Positions 46,400 through 56,487 of a DNA stretch of 64,000 bases are shown here, piece by piece. The notes below the pieces were generated by a model that saw only the letters and a list, made by a program, of their open reading frames with translations, was not told where the DNA came from and ran no database searches. How positions within the stretch are numbered: position 1 is the first letter of the stretch; each line of letters opens with the position of its first letter. The position numbers and the translations under genes were made by a program. Source of the stretch: Candidatus Microgenomates bacterium (GTDB taxonomy: Bacteria; Patescibacteriota; Microgenomatia; UBA12405; UBA6130); the NCBI GenBank assembly GCA_015485895.1, contig WFSR01000012.1:3201-67200 (forward strand). The letters run 5' to 3'.

Positions 46400-46470
46400 A
46401 GCGACCAGCGGGATTCGGACCCGCGTCTTCACCTTGGGAAGGTGATGTTGGGCCACTCAACTATGGTCGC
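46400..46470 (-). tRNA. tRNA-Gly (anticodon CCC)
   Basis: Reverse complement gcgacca ta gttgagtggcccaac a tcacc tTCCCAAa ggtga agac gcgggtccgaatcccgc tggtcgc. Anticodon loop uuCCCaa. Confidence 0.8.
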
Positions 46471-46507
46471 ATAGTCTATTTTAGCCTAGCGTTGTTTTGA
46501 TAGCAAA

Positions 46508-47107
46508 CTAATGGTGCGGGATTTTCAAAACTTGTCCCGGGTAAATGAGCCAAGGATTCTTAATTTGTGCCTTGTTAACTTTCCAGATACGCGGCCAAGC
46601 AAACATATCACCATAAGCACGTAAGGCTATCAAGCTTAAAGAGTCGCCTTTTTGAACGGTATAGTGTGCCTGCTGACTGGGGATAATTTGCCCTCTAGTC
46701 AGAGTAGCACTTTGTTTCGGTAACTTTATTTGCGGAATTAATAATTTCTGCCCACTATAGAGTAAATTGGGGTTGCTCAATTTGTTGGCTCTGGCGATAA
46801 CTACCCATTGATAACCTGAATGATAATAATTACTGGCTATTTTCCAGAGATAATCACCTGGTTTGACAACATAGTACTTCTGCTTTTGATTATTTTGTTC
46901 AGCTGTTTCTTTAGGCGTAGGTGTTACCTGTTGACCCTGATGACTTATTTTCCCTAAGGGGTGCTTTTGGTAATAATAGTAAAAATAACGCCCCCCAAGA
47001 ATACCAATTACCAAAACGACAAAGATGCCTAAAAAGAAACTAACCGTAGGCTCAGCGTGATGCAATTTTTTGAGAATATTTGTTTTGCCTTCTTTTTTTT
47101 GGGTCAC
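46508..47107 (-). CDS. LysM-domain (x2) membrane-anchored protein
   Basis: Two LysM repeats, YVVKPGDYLWKIASNYY and YTVQKGDSLSLIALRAYGD, after an N-terminal TM helix. Confidence 0.7.
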   Translation of the reverse strand: MTQKKEGKTNILKKLHHAEPTVSFFLGIFVVLVIGILGGRYFYYYYQKHPLGKISHQGQQVTPTPKETAEQNNQKQKYYVVKPGDYLWKIASNYYHSGYQWVVIARANKLSNPNLLYSGQKLLIPQIKLPKQSATLTRGQIIPSQQAHYTVQKGDSLSLIALRAYGDMFAWPRIWKVNKAQIKNPWLIYPGQVLKIPHH

Positions 47108-47156
47108 TTTTATTCACCTCCTTTCTCTAAAGTGGGCAGGTAGTAAGAGTAAAAGC

Positions 47157-47230
47157 GGGGCCAACGGGACTCGAACCCGCAACCTTCCGCGTGACAGGCG
47201 GATGCTCTAACCAAATTGAGCTACAGCCCC
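47157..47230 (-). tRNA. tRNA-Asp (anticodon GTC)
   Basis: Reverse complement ggggctg ta gctcaatttggttagagc a tccgc cTGTCACg gcgga aggtt gcgggttcgagtcccgt tggcccc. Anticodon loop cuGUCac. Confidence 0.8.
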
Positions 47231-47344
47231 TTACTATTAAGTAAGCCATATGTTATATGGCAATCAACTTATAAGTTATCATAACAAATAACCTCAGTTG
47301 AATCAATATAAAAAAGATTTTATATTAAAAGTATCCATAAAGAT

Positions 47345-49168
47345 ATGGCTAAAAAGATTTGGGAGAATCAGGAGGTAGCTGATTTATTACGGGCAGTGGC
47401 CGCTGCTTACGAAATAAAAGGAGCTAATCGGTTTCGGGTAGCAGCTTATCGGCAAGCTGCTACATCAATAGAACACTTAACGAGCGAGATACAAGATCTT
47501 TGGGAAAATAACCAAATAACGCAAATTCCAGGAGTAGGCGCGAGCATTGCCCGACATTTAAATGAGCTTATGAAAACTGGCAAATCTCAGCACTTTCAAA
47601 AAGTGTTGGCTGGCATTCCGCCTGCCGTCTTTGAATTATTAAAAATTACCGGAATTGGTCCTAAAACGGCTTTTCGTCTCTGCCAGGCCCTAAAAATATG
47701 GAGCAAAAAAGACGCTCTTCAAAGGGTGGCTAACGCCGCAAAGAGGGGTAAAATACGCCAGCTGTCTGGTTTTGGCGCCCAATCAGAAAACAAGATTTTA
47801 GAAGCTATTGCTAACAGTCGTTTAAAGAAAAAAGAGCGCCGGCGAATGCTTCTAGCGTTAGCTGATAATTTGGCCAAAGACGTTGAAAAGTATCTCCGCC
47901 AAAGCCCACTAGTCTTAGAAGTAAAAGTTCTAGGAAGTCTCCGCCGCCGATGCGCTACGGTGGGTGATCTAGATATGGCTGTCAAAACACGACACTATAA
48001 GCAAGCTTTAGAGTATTTTCTCAATTTTCCTAAGGTGAAAAAGATTTTAAATCAGGGTGAGAAAAAAACAAGCGTGGTGCTTTCTAATGGGGTGCAAATA
48101 GACGTTCGTTTTCAAGCTCCCGATACATGGGGCTCTATGCTTCAATATTTCACCGGGTCCAAGCAGCATAATATCCATTTACGAGAGATGGAACGTGAAA
48201 AGGGATTTAGCCTCTCCGAATACGGGATTCGTTCCCTTAAAACTAAAAAGTTAGTAAAAACAAGAACTGAAAGGATATTCTATAATTTTCTTGGCCTTGA
48301 CTATATCCCTCCTGAATTACGCGAAGATCAAGGAGAGATAGAAGCAGCTATTAATCATACTTTACCTAAATTAGTGAAGCGAGCTGACATTCGCGGTGAT
48401 CTTCATCTCCATTCTAACTTTCCTATTGAAACTAGTCATGATCTTGGTAAGGATAACTTTTCTACTATGATAAAAAAAGCGGCCAGCTTGGGATATGAAT
48501 ATTTGGGCTTTAGTGAGCATAATCCTTCTCAGAGAGGCCATACTCCTGATGATGTTTTTGCCCTTTTGAAGGAAAAAAGACACGAGATTGATCAAATTAA
48601 TAGGCAATTATCACAAAAATTGCACGTTATAGCTTTAAATAGCCTAGAAATAGATATAAAACCAAATGGGGAACTAGCTATTCCTGAAAAAGCCTTAGAA
48701 CTTTTAGATTATGCAATCATAGCCGTTCATTCGGAATTTACTCTTTCTTCGAAGAGAATGACCACTAGAATCCTGAGAGCTCTAAAATATCCTAAGGTGC
48801 GCATTTTGGCCCATCCGACGGGAAGGAAAATTTATCAGCGTGATGGCTATGATGTAGATTGGAACAAAATTTTTGCCTTTTGCCGAGAACATAATATTGC
48901 TCTGGAAATTAACTCATGGCCTGAGCGCCTAGATCTTCCCGACATTTTGGTAAGGGAAGCTGTTGAAGCAGATGTGCCTTTAGTAATTGATACTGACTCC
49001 CACGCTGTTGAGCACATGGACCTTATGGAATATGGCCTTGATGTCGCCCGCCGTGGATGGGCGGAGAAAAAAAATATTATCAACACATTACCATTAAGAA
49101 AACTAGAGAAGTTGTGGAATCTAAATAGGTGCGCCCGGAGGGATTCGAACCCCCGACCCTCTGCTTAA
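47345..49168 (+). CDS. PolX-family DNA polymerase (Pol-beta-like domain plus C-terminal PHP phosphoesterase)
   Basis: N-terminal helix-hairpin-helix/Pol-beta-like region (GIGPKTAFRL, GSLRRRCATVGDLDM nucleotidyltransferase DxD). C-terminal PHP motifs GDLHLHSNFP, AVHSEF and HPTGRKI. The ORF 3' end runs into tRNA-Lys(TTT), so the true stop or frame at the very C-terminus is uncertain. Confidence 0.75.
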   Translation: MAKKIWENQEVADLLRAVAAAYEIKGANRFRVAAYRQAATSIEHLTSEIQDLWENNQITQIPGVGASIARHLNELMKTGKSQHFQKVLAGIPPAVFELLKITGIGPKTAFRLCQALKIWSKKDALQRVANAAKRGKIRQLSGFGAQSENKILEAIANSRLKKKERRRMLLALADNLAKDVEKYLRQSPLVLEVKVLGSLRRRCATVGDLDMAVKTRHYKQALEYFLNFPKVKKILNQGEKKTSVVLSNGVQIDVRFQAPDTWGSMLQYFTGSKQHNIHLREMEREKGFSLSEYGIRSLKTKKLVKTRTERIFYNFLGLDYIPPELREDQGEIEAAINHTLPKLVKRADIRGDLHLHSNFPIETSHDLGKDNFSTMIKKAASLGYEYLGFSEHNPSQRGHTPDDVFALLKEKRHEIDQINRQLSQKLHVIALNSLEIDIKPNGELAIPEKALELLDYAIIAVHSEFTLSSKRMTTRILRALKYPKVRILAHPTGRKIYQRDGYDVDWNKIFAFCREHNIALEINSWPERLDLPDILVREAVEADVPLVIDTDSHAVEHMDLMEYGLDVARRGWAEKKNIINTLPLRKLEKLWNLNRCARRDSNPRPSA

Positions 49169-49203
49169 AAGGCAGGTGCTCTGCCAGCTGAGCTACGGGC
49201 GCA
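49130..49203 (-). tRNA. tRNA-Lys (anticodon TTT)
   Basis: Reverse complement gcgcccg tagctcagctggcagagc acctgc cTTTTAAg cagagggtc gggggttcgaatccctc cgggcgc a. Anticodon loop cuUUUaa. Paralog of the CTT copy at 63603. Confidence 0.8.
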
Positions 49204-49416
49204 GCGACTTATTATATCACTCTAGATCCCGATTGTACCAGCAATCTACCATTCGCTGAAGACCCAGCCCTTCACTCAAAAGCGAGGTATAAATTAATCT
49301 TAGTCAAATAAGATTCTCTTTTAAGCCGATTTTTGATTGGGTAGGACTTGCGTAACAGGTCATTTTCTTCTCGTGATAAAATGTAGTAAGATAGAAAGGG
49401 AAAGGGGGTGATATAA

Positions 49417-49674
49417 ATGAGCGATGTTTTAATTGGGAAAATCACCCATTATTTTGACAAGATTGGTGTTGCCGTAGTAGAAATAACAGATAATGCTCTA
49501 AAGGTTGGTGACAAGATAAAAATAAAAGGGCACAATCAAGAGTTTGAGCAAGAGGTTGTCTCGATGCAGGTTGAACATAAAAATATAAAGCAAGCGGCCA
49601 AGGGGGATATTGTTGGCTTGAAAATAAATCAACCAGCCAAAGAAGGCGATGAAATATTTAAGGTAGAAGAATGA
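49417..49674 (+). CDS. small beta-barrel protein (EF-Tu domain-2-like fold suspected)
   Basis: 85 aa; GKITHYFDKIGVAVVEI...LKVGDKIKIKG...GDIVGLKI pattern of alternating hydrophobics typical of a small translation-factor-like beta-barrel. Family not identified. Confidence 0.25.
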   Translation: MSDVLIGKITHYFDKIGVAVVEITDNALKVGDKIKIKGHNQEFEQEVVSMQVEHKNIKQAAKGDIVGLKINQPAKEGDEIFKVEE

Positions 49675-50372
49675 TTTATTTAGTCCATGGCGAGAACATT
49701 GCTGATGTGGAACGGCAGGTAGTGGCATTACGTCAGAAGGTTAATCGACCAAGAGTAATAAGATATGACGGGCGCAAATTTAACCGAGATGTTTGGCAAA
49801 CTTTTTACCAGCAAACTAGTCTTTTCTTAGAAGCAAAACCTCTCCTTATAATCGGAAATTCTCAAGCAATTCATCTTGATACTTGGCAGCATTTCTTTCA
49901 CGATTTTACTCCAGGCGATATTGGCAATATTGATATCATTTTTGTCAGCTATCAGCAATTACGAAATATAAAAGTTTTGTCATATTTCCCTAGAGAAAAT
50001 GTTTTCCTTTGTCGGCCAGCAATAACTATCTTTAGCCTTTTGGAAAGTATTGGAAACCCCCCGACTAACCCTTTGCGTTTCCTAAGTCAACTATTTTTGA
50101 AAATGCCTCCTCAGCTAATTATCTACTGGCTAAAACGTTATTTCCACGAACTTTATTGGCTAAATTACGGTCAAACGCAAAAAGCAGGCTGGCAATTGAA
50201 TAAACAGCGGCAACACCTAAACAAATTAGGCTGGCGACGAGTTAGATTTTGGTATCGTTCTTTACTCTGGTTAGATTATCAGCAGAAAACTGGCCATTTG
50301 CCAGAAGGGTTAGAAATTGCTCTTGTTAATCTCTTTTTAAGAGATTATTATGAGAATAATGGGAAAGAATAA
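49671..50372 (+). CDS. hypothetical; weak resemblance to DNA polymerase III delta (HolA) N-terminal domain
   Basis: MIYLVHGENIADVERQVVALRQ and LFLEAKPLLIIGNSQAI resemble the HolA start (iyLl.Geeeyl...) and the lF.e.rlvvv.n block. Only 233 aa. Confidence 0.2.
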   Translation: MIYLVHGENIADVERQVVALRQKVNRPRVIRYDGRKFNRDVWQTFYQQTSLFLEAKPLLIIGNSQAIHLDTWQHFFHDFTPGDIGNIDIIFVSYQQLRNIKVLSYFPRENVFLCRPAITIFSLLESIGNPPTNPLRFLSQLFLKMPPQLIIYWLKRYFHELYWLNYGQTQKAGWQLNKQRQHLNKLGWRRVRFWYRSLLWLDYQQKTGHLPEGLEIALVNLFLRDYYENNGKE

Positions 50373-52617
50373 GTGGATTCTTTGGTTTCGGGATGTTGGC
50401 AAGGAAGATGTAAGGTTGGCGGGGGGTAAAGGAGCAAATTTAGGTGAGATGTATAATGCTGGCATTCCTGTCCCCCGGGGCTTTATTGTCAGTACCCAGG
50501 CATATTTTGACTTCCTACGGGAAAATAATCTGAAAAAACGTATCAAAGAAATTTTGAGCAGAATTAATATTGATAATCCCCAAGAATTAAGCAATGCCAG
50601 TCAAGCAATAAAGGAATTAATTTCAAAAGCGCCCATTGATCCACAGTTAGCACAAGGAATAATGAAAGCTTACAATAAATTAGGGGCATTAGGAGGGCTA
50701 AAGCAGCCTTACGTAGCTGTTCGCTCATCTGCCACAACGGAGGACCTTCCTAACGCATCCTTTGCTGGTCAACAAGAAACATATTTGAATGTCCATGGTG
50801 AGCATCAGGTGGTTAGCAAGGTACAAGCATGTTGGGCCTCTCTTTTTACTCCAAGAGCTATCTTTTACCGCCAAAAACAACACTTTGACCATTTCCGGTT
50901 GGGTATCGCCGTCCCGATCCAGAGAATGGTCCAATCAGATATTTCCGGGGTAATGTTTACTGTAAATCCAGTTACTAATGATAAAAGTACCCTGGTAATT
51001 GAAGCTATTTGGGGCTTGGGAGAATTAATTGTTCAAGGTGAAGTCACCCCCGACCACTATGAGGTTGATAAAACGACATTAGAGGTAAAGAAAATTGTAG
51101 TTAATAAGCAACGAGTGGAGTTAATTAGAAGAAATGGGAAGAATTATCGTCAGCAAATAACCGGAAAACAGCAAGAAAAGCAAAAGCTCAACCCCCTTCA
51201 AATTATTAAGCTAGCAAAATTAGGATTACATCTCCAAGAACATTATTATTTTCCTCAAGACAGTGAATGGGCTATCGAGAAGAATCATATTTATATTGTT
51301 CAAACTAGACCTATTACAACCTTAAACAAGGGGCAAAAAAAGAAAAGGGAAATTAGGAAAGCGAAGTTAGTTTTAACGGGCGAAAGTGCCTCACCGGGAC
51401 AAGGAGAGGGACCGGTGCGGATTATACGATCTCCTAAGGAAATAAGTAAAATAAAGAAAGGGGATGTTTTAGTAACCCCAATGACCACTCCAGATTTCGT
51501 TCCGGCGATGAAGAAAGCCGTGGCTATTGTTACTGACCAGGGTGGGCAGACTTCACATGCAGCTATTGTTTCCCGTGAGCTTTCTGTGCCTTGTGTAGTC
51601 GGCACTCGGCAAGCAACTAAAACCCTGAAGGATGGGGACATTATCTTGGTCGATGGGAGTAGAGGACTCGTATACCAGGGAGGTAAACCCATTCACCAAA
51701 GACAACAACGAAAGGCGATAGAGAATACTCAATTGAAAACAGCTACCAAACTTTATGTCAACTTGGCTGAACCAGAATTGGCGTCGGAGGTGGCTAAAAT
51801 GGATGTTGATGGAGTAGGATTATTACGGGCTGAGTTTATGATTGCTGGCATTGGCATCCATCCCCGAGAACTTTTGCAAGAGAAACGGCAAGAATTTTTT
51901 ATTCAAACTTTAGCTGGAGATTTAGAAAAATTCTGCAGAGCCTTTGCTCCACGTCCAGTTGTCTACCGAGCTACAGATTTTAAAACCAATGAGTACCGCC
52001 ATTTAAAAGGGGGAGAAAAGTTTGAACCAGAGGAGGAAAACCCCCTCTTGGGCTTTCGGGGAGCTATGCGCTATATTAATGATCCAGAAACATTCGCTTT
52101 AGAATTAGAAGCTATTAAAAGAGTACGGAGCAAATATAAGAATCTTTGGTTGATGATCCCTTTCGTTCGCAGTCCTTACGAATTACGGCAGATAAAACGC
52201 ATTCTGGCAAATGTAGGCCTGCCGCGATCATCTAGCTTTAAATTATGGATTATGGTTGAAATTCCAGCTACAGTTATTAAAATTAATGATTTTCTTAAGG
52301 AAGGCATTGACGGCGTTTCAATTGGCAGCAATGATTTGACTATGCTTCTCCTTGGTCTCGATCGCGACAATAGCCGCGTAGCTTGGGAATTTAATGATCG
52401 CGATAAATCTGTTCTTTGGGCAATTAAAAGAGTAATTAAAGCCACTACTGCTATGGGAGTAACCAGCTCTATTTGTGGGCAAGCGCCAAGTAATTATCCA
52501 AAATTAGTGAGAAAGTTGGTTAAGTGGGGTATTACCAGTATCTCTGTAAATCCCGACGTAATCGATAAATCTAGAGAAATTATCTTCCAGGCGGAAAAGG
52601 AACTTATTTCTTCTTAG
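50350..52617 (+). CDS. ppsA: phosphoenolpyruvate synthase / pyruvate,water dikinase (PEP-utilising enzyme family)
   Basis: N-terminal ATP-grasp-like region LAGGKGANLGEM. Phospho-His domain GGQTSHAAIVSRELSVPCVVG. C-terminal PEP/pyruvate TIM-barrel with GSNDLTMLLLGLDRDNS. Confidence 0.8.
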   Translation: MRIMGKNKWILWFRDVGKEDVRLAGGKGANLGEMYNAGIPVPRGFIVSTQAYFDFLRENNLKKRIKEILSRINIDNPQELSNASQAIKELISKAPIDPQLAQGIMKAYNKLGALGGLKQPYVAVRSSATTEDLPNASFAGQQETYLNVHGEHQVVSKVQACWASLFTPRAIFYRQKQHFDHFRLGIAVPIQRMVQSDISGVMFTVNPVTNDKSTLVIEAIWGLGELIVQGEVTPDHYEVDKTTLEVKKIVVNKQRVELIRRNGKNYRQQITGKQQEKQKLNPLQIIKLAKLGLHLQEHYYFPQDSEWAIEKNHIYIVQTRPITTLNKGQKKKREIRKAKLVLTGESASPGQGEGPVRIIRSPKEISKIKKGDVLVTPMTTPDFVPAMKKAVAIVTDQGGQTSHAAIVSRELSVPCVVGTRQATKTLKDGDIILVDGSRGLVYQGGKPIHQRQQRKAIENTQLKTATKLYVNLAEPELASEVAKMDVDGVGLLRAEFMIAGIGIHPRELLQEKRQEFFIQTLAGDLEKFCRAFAPRPVVYRATDFKTNEYRHLKGGEKFEPEEENPLLGFRGAMRYINDPETFALELEAIKRVRSKYKNLWLMIPFVRSPYELRQIKRILANVGLPRSSSFKLWIMVEIPATVIKINDFLKEGIDGVSIGSNDLTMLLLGLDRDNSRVAWEFNDRDKSVLWAIKRVIKATTAMGVTSSICGQAPSNYPKLVRKLVKWGITSISVNPDVIDKSREIIFQAEKELISS

Positions 52618-53278
52618 TCACGGGAATGGAATACACAGCGTAATCAGCATAACGGTTTTCTAAGGTTAACATCTTTGAAAGTGGTAGCTTTTCGTAAAAC
52701 TGACGGATTAGGCGCATAGTATTATTGGTACAACACACTAAAACATTCCTTTGCTTTTCTTTTAGGAAACGTTTAAGCCAATGGCAGAATGGCCAAACTC
52801 TTTGTTTTACCGTTTTAAGACTTTCTCCGCCGGGAGGAGGGAAGTCATAGGAACGACGATAAAGAACGGCTAGGTGGGGCTTTTGCTTCATTAATTTTCG
52901 TTTGCTGGTTCCTGTTAATTGTCCGTAATCCCTTTCAAGAAGGCGTTTTTCTTTAAGCAAAGGAGTTTGAGGATGGCTGTAGCAAAGAGGCGATGCCGTT
53001 TCTAAACAACGTTTTAGAGGGGAAATGATAAAAAGGTCAAAATGCTTATTTTTTAAGCGTTGCGCTAGGTGCAAAGCTTGTTGCTTTCCTTCGGGGGTAA
53101 GATTGCTATTACGGCGCCCGGAGAATATCCGGCGAATGTTATCATATGTTTGGGCATGGCGGCAGAGATAAAGATGTGAGTAACCAGGCTTTTCATTTTT
53201 AGGCAGAGGTTTTGCTTGCCCTGGATGCTCAAGTGACGCTAAAGCCGCCTTTTTTAAAACAGAAAAAGGAACAGTCAT
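52604..53278 (-). CDS. histidine phosphatase (phosphoglycerate-mutase-like) superfamily protein
   Basis: LYLCRHAQTYDN is the RHG-like catalytic motif (R-H-A here). LTPEGKQQALHLAQRL is typical of the family. Confidence 0.55.
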   Translation of the reverse strand: MTVPFSVLKKAALASLEHPGQAKPLPKNEKPGYSHLYLCRHAQTYDNIRRIFSGRRNSNLTPEGKQQALHLAQRLKNKHFDLFIISPLKRCLETASPLCYSHPQTPLLKEKRLLERDYGQLTGTSKRKLMKQKPHLAVLYRRSYDFPPPGGESLKTVKQRVWPFCHWLKRFLKEKQRNVLVCCTNNTMRLIRQFYEKLPLSKMLTLENRYADYAVYSIPVTKKK

Positions 53279-53970
53279 TTTAATCCCAAAACCACAGTAA
53301 ATTCACCGCGGGGTTTCTCTCTTTCAAATTGAGGCAAGAGGGTTTCTACATCACCTCGGTACACATGAGCAAATGGCTTAGTTAGTTCCTTAGCTATTGC
53401 TAATTTTAGTTTATTATTTTTTCGATTTAGAAAATATAAGGTAGATAAGAGACGTGAAGGAACCTCGAAAAAAATCACACTAGTTAGTCCTATCTCTTTG
53501 AGTGCCAGTAGAGTTTGCCAGAATTTTTCTCTCTGACGAGAATGGCGAGGAAAGTAACCTAAAAAAGCAAAACGTTGGGCGCTGAAGCCTGATGCCACCA
53601 GAGCTGTTAAGATGGCCGATGGGCCAGGTATAACTTCCATAGGAATTTGCTTAGCAATAATAGCTTGCACCAGCATTAAACCTGGATCAGCAATAAGAGG
53701 ATAACCAGCATCGCTGACCAAAGCGCAAGTTTTCCCCTCCTGAAGTAATTTGATAATTTTTGGTAATTGATGGAGGCGGTTATTTTCTCGGAAAGGGATA
53801 ATCAATTTTGTGCGAACATTCAGAAAGTGCAAGAGATGTTTGGATACTAACGGGGTCTCCGCTACTAAGCAATTAACTTTCGCCAGTGTTTCAACAGCAC
53901 GCTGGGTAAAATCGCCGCGGTTACCGATGGGCGTGGATACCACATAAAGTTTACCAAGCTTGGTTGCCAT
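53275..53970 (-). CDS. rsmI: 16S rRNA (cytidine1402-2'-O)-methyltransferase
   Basis: MATKLGKLYVVSTPIGNRGDFTQRAVETL is the tetrapyrrole-methylase-fold N-terminus typical of RsmI. SDAGYPLIADPG motif. Confidence 0.85.
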   Translation of the reverse strand: MATKLGKLYVVSTPIGNRGDFTQRAVETLAKVNCLVAETPLVSKHLLHFLNVRTKLIIPFRENNRLHQLPKIIKLLQEGKTCALVSDAGYPLIADPGLMLVQAIIAKQIPMEVIPGPSAILTALVASGFSAQRFAFLGYFPRHSRQREKFWQTLLALKEIGLTSVIFFEVPSRLLSTLYFLNRKNNKLKLAIAKELTKPFAHVYRGDVETLLPQFEREKPRGEFTVVLGLK

Positions 53971-54588
53971 TTAATTCAGATGACGGATGACGCCAATCAC
54001 CCTCCCCCTGATAATAACATTTGAAACAAATAACGGTTTCATTTTACCATTAGCTGGCTCAAGACGGATTTTGTCTTGCTCTTGATAAAATTTTTTTACT
54101 GTAGCAAATCCATTTTCCAATTCAGCGACTACAATATCTCCATTCTCAGCGCTTTCCCTTTTCTCGACAATAATGTAATCTTGATCTAAAATGCCTTCAT
54201 CTATCATCGACTCACCTTTTACCTGAAGAACGAATGAAGGTTTGTTTTTGGGCGCCATGCTGGCTGGTACTAGGAGAGTGGCATTAGGATCGGTATAGGG
54301 CTGAATAGGCAAACCAGCGGCGATGAACCCTAAAATTGGCAGCTCTATTTGTTGGCCGATGGTAGAAAAATTTTCAAGGAGCTCGATTCCTCGGGTGGCT
54401 CCCCGATAACGTCGAATAAAGCCCTTTTTCTCTAGGGCGCGAAGATGACCATAAATAGTAGAAGGGGCAGAAATATGAAGAGCAATTGCCATCTCACTTA
54501 ATGTAGGGGCATAACCGAACTTAACGATGTATTTTTCTAAGAAGTTGAGTAATTCTCGTTGCCGCCGGTAAAGAGTCGGGTGAGTCAT
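53971..54588 (-). CDS. lexA: LexA-type repressor (S24 peptidase)
   Basis: N-terminal wHTH (TLSEMAIALHISAPSTIYGHLRALEKKGFI). The AG cleavage-site region (IAAGLPI) followed by KGESM (catalytic Ser) and a downstream Lys region (IIRGRVIGVIR). Confidence 0.8.
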   Translation of the reverse strand: MTHPTLYRRQRELLNFLEKYIVKFGYAPTLSEMAIALHISAPSTIYGHLRALEKKGFIRRYRGATRGIELLENFSTIGQQIELPILGFIAAGLPIQPYTDPNATLLVPASMAPKNKPSFVLQVKGESMIDEGILDQDYIIVEKRESAENGDIVVAELENGFATVKKFYQEQDKIRLEPANGKMKPLFVSNVIIRGRVIGVIRHLN

Positions 54589-54663
54589 AATGAAATTAAA
54601 ACACGAAAAAAACCCGAAGTCAATAAGCTTTTCTTTTCCTGCCTGTTATGATAAAAAGAATTA

Positions 54664-56487
54664 ATGAAACGATTTTTATACCCCTTATTTTTCTTGAGTG
54701 TTTATTTATTTTTAGTTAGCTGTTTCTCTATTAGCCAGGCATCGAGTTCGAATGAATTTCAAATACGCCAAACATCATTTTACAAATTAGATAACCGTGG
54801 TGGGGCTAAGGTAACGGCGAATATCAGTCTCGTTAATAACTTCGCCAACATTTACCCTCAAGAATTTATGTTGTCGCTCCCTGATAGTGCTATAAATATT
54901 AGTGCCTATGACCAAGGTGGCAATATTATAGAGGAAAAGAAACACACGTTAAAAAAATTAACATTACGCTTAAAATTCAATCATGCAGGGGTCGGCAAAG
55001 GTGAAGAAACTGCATTTACACTTATTTATTATTGGCCTCATTTCGCTCAACGCCATGGCCAGGTTTGGTACTTAGTTCTGCCTTCGCCGCAAAATATCCA
55101 GGATTTCAAAAACTATAAAACGGTGATCTTAGTTCCTTCGAATTTTCATAACCTGGCCCGTAGTTCAATTACTCCAGCGGAGAATATCCTTCTAGACCAA
55201 GAACGCAAAATTGTTTTTACTAAAAAGGAATTCCAAAAGGGGGTTATTGCGTTGAGCTTTGCCGATTTTCAAGCGTTTAATTTTGTCTTTCGATACAAAC
55301 TTGGCAATATTAGCGGTCATCAAGAAGAGCAGAGAATCCCTTTACCACCGGTGACAAATTATCAAAATGTTTTTTTTACCAGCATCTCGCCTTTGCCATT
55401 CAAAATAACTATGGACGAGAACGATAATTTATTGGCTCACTATATTGTAAATCCCGGCGAGAATAAAGATATTATAGCTCAAGGGCAAGTGCTTTTATTC
55501 GCCAGTCCCGAACGTAAAGCTTTTTACAATCATATTCCAAATAATACCCTCTTTTTAAGGGCAACCAAATTTTGGCCTGCCGACAATACTCTTGTTGTAC
55601 AAAAGGCACAACAGCTTAAAACTCCACGGGCAATTTATAATTTTGTCGTCAAGCACTTATCTTATAATTTGTCTTCTTACAATGTTGGTCAACGTCGTGG
55701 TGGAGTAGATGCTCTTTTACATCCTGACCATGCGGTTTGCACAGAATTTACAGATCTATTTATTACCCTAGCCCGGGCAGCTGGTATTCCTGCTCGTGAA
55801 GTCGAGGGATATGCTTATACAAACAACCCTAAGATCCGTCCTGGCGGGCAACAAATTCTACACGCTTGGCCAGAGTATTGGGACAAAACCCGTAAACTGT
55901 GGGTTGATGTAGATCCTACTTGGGGTAATACCACCGGGGGCATTGATTACTTTTCCCATTTTGATTTAAATCACTTTGCCTTAGTTATTCATGGCAGTAA
56001 CGACCAAAGTCCAGCTCCACCGGGAAGTTATGCTTCCGGTAAAAGTTGGGATATCCATTTTGCTAAGAATATCAATATTCAGGAGCAACAACCAGCCTTC
56101 TCTCTCCAAATAAAAAAGATTTCCCTTTCTCACAATCTTATGCTTAATCTTGTTTTTTCTCTCCAGAATAAAAGTCTTATAAATATTCACCCTTCCCCTT
56201 ATCGTTTATTACTAGATACAAAATTGCTTAAGAAAGGCGAACTTACCTACTTGCCACTTTTAAGCACTACTGATATCCCCATTCATATATCTCCGTTGCT
56301 CCTTCCATTTCGCCATGATTTTGTTTTTAAAATAACGATCAACGGCCAACCTCTCATTGCAAAAGCACCTTTAAATAGGGGTTTTTATCTATCAGCCCTA
56401 AGTAAATTTCGTTTTTGCATTATTGGCATCCTCTCTAGTTTTATTTGTCTAGCTATAGTTTTTTACCAAGTAAAGAGATTACAATAA
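54664..56487 (+). CDS. secreted transglutaminase-like cysteine-protease-fold protein
   Basis: Signal peptide; core HAVCTEFTDLFITLARAAGIPAREVEGYAY is the transglutaminase-like Cys region, followed by His/Asp partners (HAWPEYWD...DVDPTWG); a C-terminal TM anchor. Confidence 0.6.
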   Translation: MKRFLYPLFFLSVYLFLVSCFSISQASSSNEFQIRQTSFYKLDNRGGAKVTANISLVNNFANIYPQEFMLSLPDSAINISAYDQGGNIIEEKKHTLKKLTLRLKFNHAGVGKGEETAFTLIYYWPHFAQRHGQVWYLVLPSPQNIQDFKNYKTVILVPSNFHNLARSSITPAENILLDQERKIVFTKKEFQKGVIALSFADFQAFNFVFRYKLGNISGHQEEQRIPLPPVTNYQNVFFTSISPLPFKITMDENDNLLAHYIVNPGENKDIIAQGQVLLFASPERKAFYNHIPNNTLFLRATKFWPADNTLVVQKAQQLKTPRAIYNFVVKHLSYNLSSYNVGQRRGGVDALLHPDHAVCTEFTDLFITLARAAGIPAREVEGYAYTNNPKIRPGGQQILHAWPEYWDKTRKLWVDVDPTWGNTTGGIDYFSHFDLNHFALVIHGSNDQSPAPPGSYASGKSWDIHFAKNINIQEQQPAFSLQIKKISLSHNLMLNLVFSLQNKSLINIHPSPYRLLLDTKLLKKGELTYLPLLSTTDIPIHISPLLLPFRHDFVFKITINGQPLIAKAPLNRGFYLSALSKFRFCIIGILSSFICLAIVFYQVKRLQ

